Positions 59,775 to 64,000 of a stretch of DNA of 64,000 bases are shown piece by piece (within the stretch, counting starts at the first letter, position 1; the number at the start of each line of letters is the position of its first letter). Made by a program: the position numbers and the translations under genes. The DNA is from Squalus acanthias (lineage: Eukaryota). Under the pieces are notes generated by a model. It was not told the origin of the DNA. It saw only the letters and a list, made by a program, of their open reading frames with translations, and made no database searches. The stretch covers positions 130,326,001-130,390,000 of the forward strand of contig CM059431.1 in the NCBI GenBank assembly GCA_030390025.1. The letters are read 5' to 3'.

Positions 59775-62660
59775 CAGGTACCGCTAGTACTGACCCCTGG
59801 GGAACACCACTGTATACCTTCCTCCAGTGCGAAAAACAACCGTTCACCACTACTCTCTGTTTCCTGTCACTTAGCCAATTTTGTATCCATGCTGCCACTG
59901 TCCCTTTAAGTCCATGGACTTCAACTTTGCTGGCAAGCCTATTATGTGGCACTTTATCAAACGCCTTTTGGAAATCCATGTACTCCATGTCAACTGCATT
60001 GCCCTTTCTGTTACCTCATCAAAAAACTCGATCAAGTTAGTTAAACACAATTTGCCTTAAACAAATCCATGCTGGCTTTCTTTAATTAATCCACACTTGT
60101 CCCTGATTATTGTTTCTAAAAGCTTCCCCACTACCGAGATTAAACTGACTGGCCTGTAGTTGCTGGGTTTATCCTTACACCCTTTTTTGAACAAGGTTGT
60201 AACATTTGCAATTCTCCAGTCCTCTGGCTCCACCCCCGTAACTAAGGAGGATTGGAAGATTATGGCCATTACCTCCAAGATTTCCTCCTTAACCTCCTTA
60301 ACCTCTCTCAGCATCCACAGTACCATCTCATAGGTCAGCACTGCAGCATGCCTTCAAAAACATACATCCAAGTTTCAGGCCACAGTTGATGGTCCCTGCA
60401 AACTCTATGCTGCGAGGTAGCTGCTGATGTCCTTGCAGCAGATAGCCCATCATATCACAGTATATGCTCCTCTGCTGGCCCTGAGAAGGCAGGTTACCAC
60501 ACTCACTCCCAGGTAGGTTTTCTAGAGTCCGCAGAAATAGTTGATGACATCTTGGCCGATGCGTCCAAACAGGCAATTCCGGCTCTCTCCTCTGATTTCA
60601 CTGTCTTCCCTGCTTGCCATTCGAACTCTCTAATTTCTCAGGTTGAACAGGCTGTTTGCAATCTTGAGTTAGTACAGACAGCCATTCTAGTACTTCCTCT
60701 TTAACAATTTTTATCCCATTCAGGATCTCCACTACCTCCTCTTTCACTATGACTTTGGCAGCATCTTCTTCCTTGGTGAAGACAGATGCAAAGTACTCAT
60801 TTAGTACCTCAGCCGTGCCCTCTGCCTCCATGCGTAGTTCTCCTTTTTGGTCCCTAATCAGCCCCACCCCATTTTATTTATGACCCATTTATTATTTATA
60901 TGCCTATAGAAGACTTTTGAATTCCGTTTTATGTTAGCTGGCAATCTATTCTCATACTCTCTTTTTGCCCCTCTTATTTTCTTTTTCACTTCCCCTCTGA
61001 ACTTTCTATATTCAGCCTGATTCTCACTTGTATTCTCAACCTGACATCTGCCATATGTGCTTTTTTCTGCTTCATCTTACTCTCTATCTCTTTCGTCATC
61101 CAGGGAGCTCTAGCTTTAGTTGCCCTATTTTTTTGCCCCTCGTGGGAATGTAGCTCGACTGTACCTGAACCATTTCCTCTTTAAAGGCAACCCATTGTTC
61201 GATTACTGTTTTGCCTGCCAATCTTTGATTCCAATTTACCCGGGCCAGATCTGTTCTCCTCCAATTAAGTATTTTTACTCTAGATTACTCCCTGTCCTTT
61301 TCCATAGTTAATCTAAACCTTATAATACTATGATCAAATGTTCACCTACTGACACTTGCTCCACTTGACCCACCTCATCCCCCAAAACCAGATCCAGCAA
61401 TGCCTCCTACCTCATTATCTGGAAACGTACTGATCAAGAAAGTTCTCCTGACCACACTTCAGAAATTCTTCCCCCTCTCTGCCCTTTACATTATTAGTAT
61501 TCCAGTCTATATTAGGATAATTGAAGTCCCCCATTATTACTACTCTATAATTCTTGCACCTCTCTGTAATATCCCTGCAAATTTGCTCCTCTATATCTTT
61601 CCCACTAGTTGGTGGCCTATAGAATACACCTAGTAGTGTAATGGCCCTTCTATTATTTCTTAACTCTGTCCATAGATTCTGTCCATGACCCATCCAGGAC
61701 ATCCTCTCTCTCCAGCACTGTAACATTTTCCTTAATCAACACTGCCACCCCATCTCCTTTCTTTCCTTCCCTCCCTATCTTTCCTGAACACCTTATATCC
61801 AGGAATATTTAAAACCCAATCCTGCCCTTTTTTGAGCCAGGTGTCCATTATCGCCATGACATCATATTCCCATGTGGCTATTTGCGCCTGCAGCACACCA
61901 ACCTTGTTTACCACATTGCGTGTGTTTACATACATACACTGTAAACCTGTCTTAAACCTTCTTGTATTCTCTCTTAGTCTGACCCCACCTAATACCTCAC
62001 TATTTCTTTCTTTAGTGCTATCTGTCTCTCCCCATCCTTTGTGCCCTTTGTTTTTCCTTTCTAATGCTACATCCTGATGCCCATCCCCCAGCCAAATTAG
62101 TTTAATCTCTCCCCAACAGCACTAGCGAACCTCTCCGCAAGGACATTGGTTCCGGCTCTGTTGAGGTGCAACCTGTCCAGCCGTCCCACCTCCTCCAGAA
62201 CCGGTCCCAATGTCCCAGGAATCTGAAACCCTCCCTCCTGCACCATCTCTCCAGCCACGCATTCACCTGCTCTATCTTCCTATTTCTATACTCACTAGCT
62301 CGTGGCACAGGGAGTAATCCAGAGATGACTACTTTTCAGGTCCTACTTTTTATCTCTTTCCTGGCTCCCCAAAATCTGCCTGCAGGACCTCATCCCTTTT
62401 ACTACCTATGTCGTTGGTACCGATATGGACCACGACCTCTGGCTGTTCACCCTCCCCCCTCAGAATGTTCTATAGCTGCTCAGTGACATCCTTGACCCTG
62501 GCACCATCCTGGAATCACGTCTGCGGCTGGAGAAACGCCTGTCTGTTCTCCTAACTATCAAATCCCTTACCACTATTGCCTTCCCAATCTTCCTCCTCCT
62601 CCCACCCCCCTGTACAGCTGAACCACCCGTGGTGCCATGGACTTGGCTCTGGCTGTAATC
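59775..62660 (-). mobile_element. CR1 LINE (esterase, endonuclease, RT 5' half), disrupted
   Basis: MDFQKAFDKVPH, NYRPVSL, YRPP...MGDFN and ORF1 VNAWLERWCRREGFRFLGHW. Confidence 0.92.
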
Positions 62661-62904
62661 CCCAGGGGAACTATCACCCTCACCAGTATTAAGTATTGAA
62701 TCTAGTATTGAATCAGAATCTAACCATCAGTAAGATGGAAATTCCCAGAACTTGTATAGAAATGAAACTTAATAGATTTAACATTTAAGAAAATTCGAGA
62801 ATGATCTCACCATAGCATCTGTAGTTCAAACTAATTACTGGTTTGGAGTATTCAAAATATCTTATCAGGTAGTTGCTCTTAAGGAAGTTAATTATATAAA
62901 AGTG

Positions 62905-64000
62905 GAAAGTTTAAAACTTGGAAGTATAGTGAACAGTGAGGAGGACAGTGATAGACTTCAAGAGGACATAGACAGGCTGGTAGAATGGCAGATGAAATTT
63001 ACCGCAGAAAAATGCGAAGTGATACATTTTGGTAGGAAGAATGAGGAGAGGCAATATAAACTAAAGGGTACAATTCTAAAGGGGATGCAGAGAGACCTGG
63101 GGGTATATGTGCACAAATCGTTGAAGGTGGCAGGGCAGGTTGAGAAAGTGGTTAAAAAAGCATACGGGATCCTGGGCTTCATAAGTAGAGGCATAGGGCT
63201 GGATTTTGATACTGGGGCAGGCTAAGGTCGTGTTATCCACTTTTCGTGTTATCCACCCGACTGCAATTGGATGTGGGAGATTGATGCGATTTTCACCTAA
63301 TTGAGCAATTGATTTCCAGCATGTGGGAACCCATGACCCAATTAGTGTTTTCAGTCTAAAAGTCGCCTCTGATGATGTCATCATTGCTGCTGCCTTGAAG
63401 GTCTGCAAAGACTGCCTGGCCTTTGCTGTGAGAGGACCTGGATGCAAAATGAGCAGCAGCAGCCCTAAGTCTGCTCCCAGATATTTCTTCACCACCACCA
63501 CCACCACGTTGTAATAGTGAACCTGCAGCTGATAGTCAGCTATCGAAATGTGCTCCCGCCAGGTTTCACATTCGTGGTTCAGAACAGGCGTGCTTCACGT
63601 AGAAAAAGGGTTAAAATCACAAAGGCCTTTCAAAATGGCATTATAGAGGCAATTTAGTGCTTGTTAAGGGCCTTAACAGCCTATCCCGCCTCTTAGAGGC
63701 GGGACGGAGTCGGGACCAGCAGACACGATTTAATGAAAATTGCATGGAGGCGAGCTTGTGCCTGCCCGCCAGTTTTCGCAATTTTAACCCCCCACACGCC
63801 TCCAAACCCACCTCCACGGGTCAATGAAAATTCTGCCCATAGAGTACAAAAGCAAGGAAGTTATGATGAACCTTTATAAAACACTGGTCTGGCCTTAACT
63901 GGAGTATTGTGTCCAATTCTGGGCACTGCACTTTAGGAAGGATGTGAATGCCTTAGAGAGGGTACAGAAAAGATTTACAAGAATGGTTCCAGGGATGAGG
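62905..64000 (+). mobile_element. CR1 RT 3' fragment interrupted by a MITE; runs off the window
   Basis: LQEDIDRLVEWQMKF...AYGILGFISRGI resumes as gagtacaaaagc after 63841. Confidence 0.9.
63196..63838. mobile_element. Harbinger-type MITE
   Basis: gggctggatttt...aaaattctgccc with ATA duplication. Confidence 0.85.

Overview
This is a repeat-saturated stretch of vertebrate nuclear DNA (intergenic or deep intronic). The repeat repertoire suggests a cartilaginous fish, but that is inference from recalled sequences. I cannot identify any host gene with confidence, and most ORF-track entries are fragments or antisense shadows of transposons. The window holds many CR1 LINEs, one of them young with an uninterrupted 983-aa endonuclease/RT ORF2 and an SGNH-esterase ORF1. 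It also has an L2 fragment, two copies of a second CR1/L2-group LINE, a Tx1-type 3' end, four decayed two-gene PIF/Harbinger transposons (transposase plus a spliced Myb/SANT gene), about ten Harbinger-type MITEs, a TA-targeting MITE, a 1.42-kb solo LTR and old SINE fragments. Most notable: (i) short Penelope-like insertions carrying minimal hammerhead-ribozyme motifs, one as a 204-bp inverted repeat and one of only 86 bp, each between 13-14-bp target duplications; (ii) a tRNA-like SINE head fused to a LINE body within one apparent target duplication; (iii) a 57-bp 18S rRNA piece at a repeat junction; (iv) a head-to-head Harbinger dimer hit by a Tx1 element; (v) a 69-bp tandem array at a CR1 5' end; (vi) a candidate conserved enhancer and an ancient hairpin. 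All coordinates were read by eye, and no search or folding program was run.
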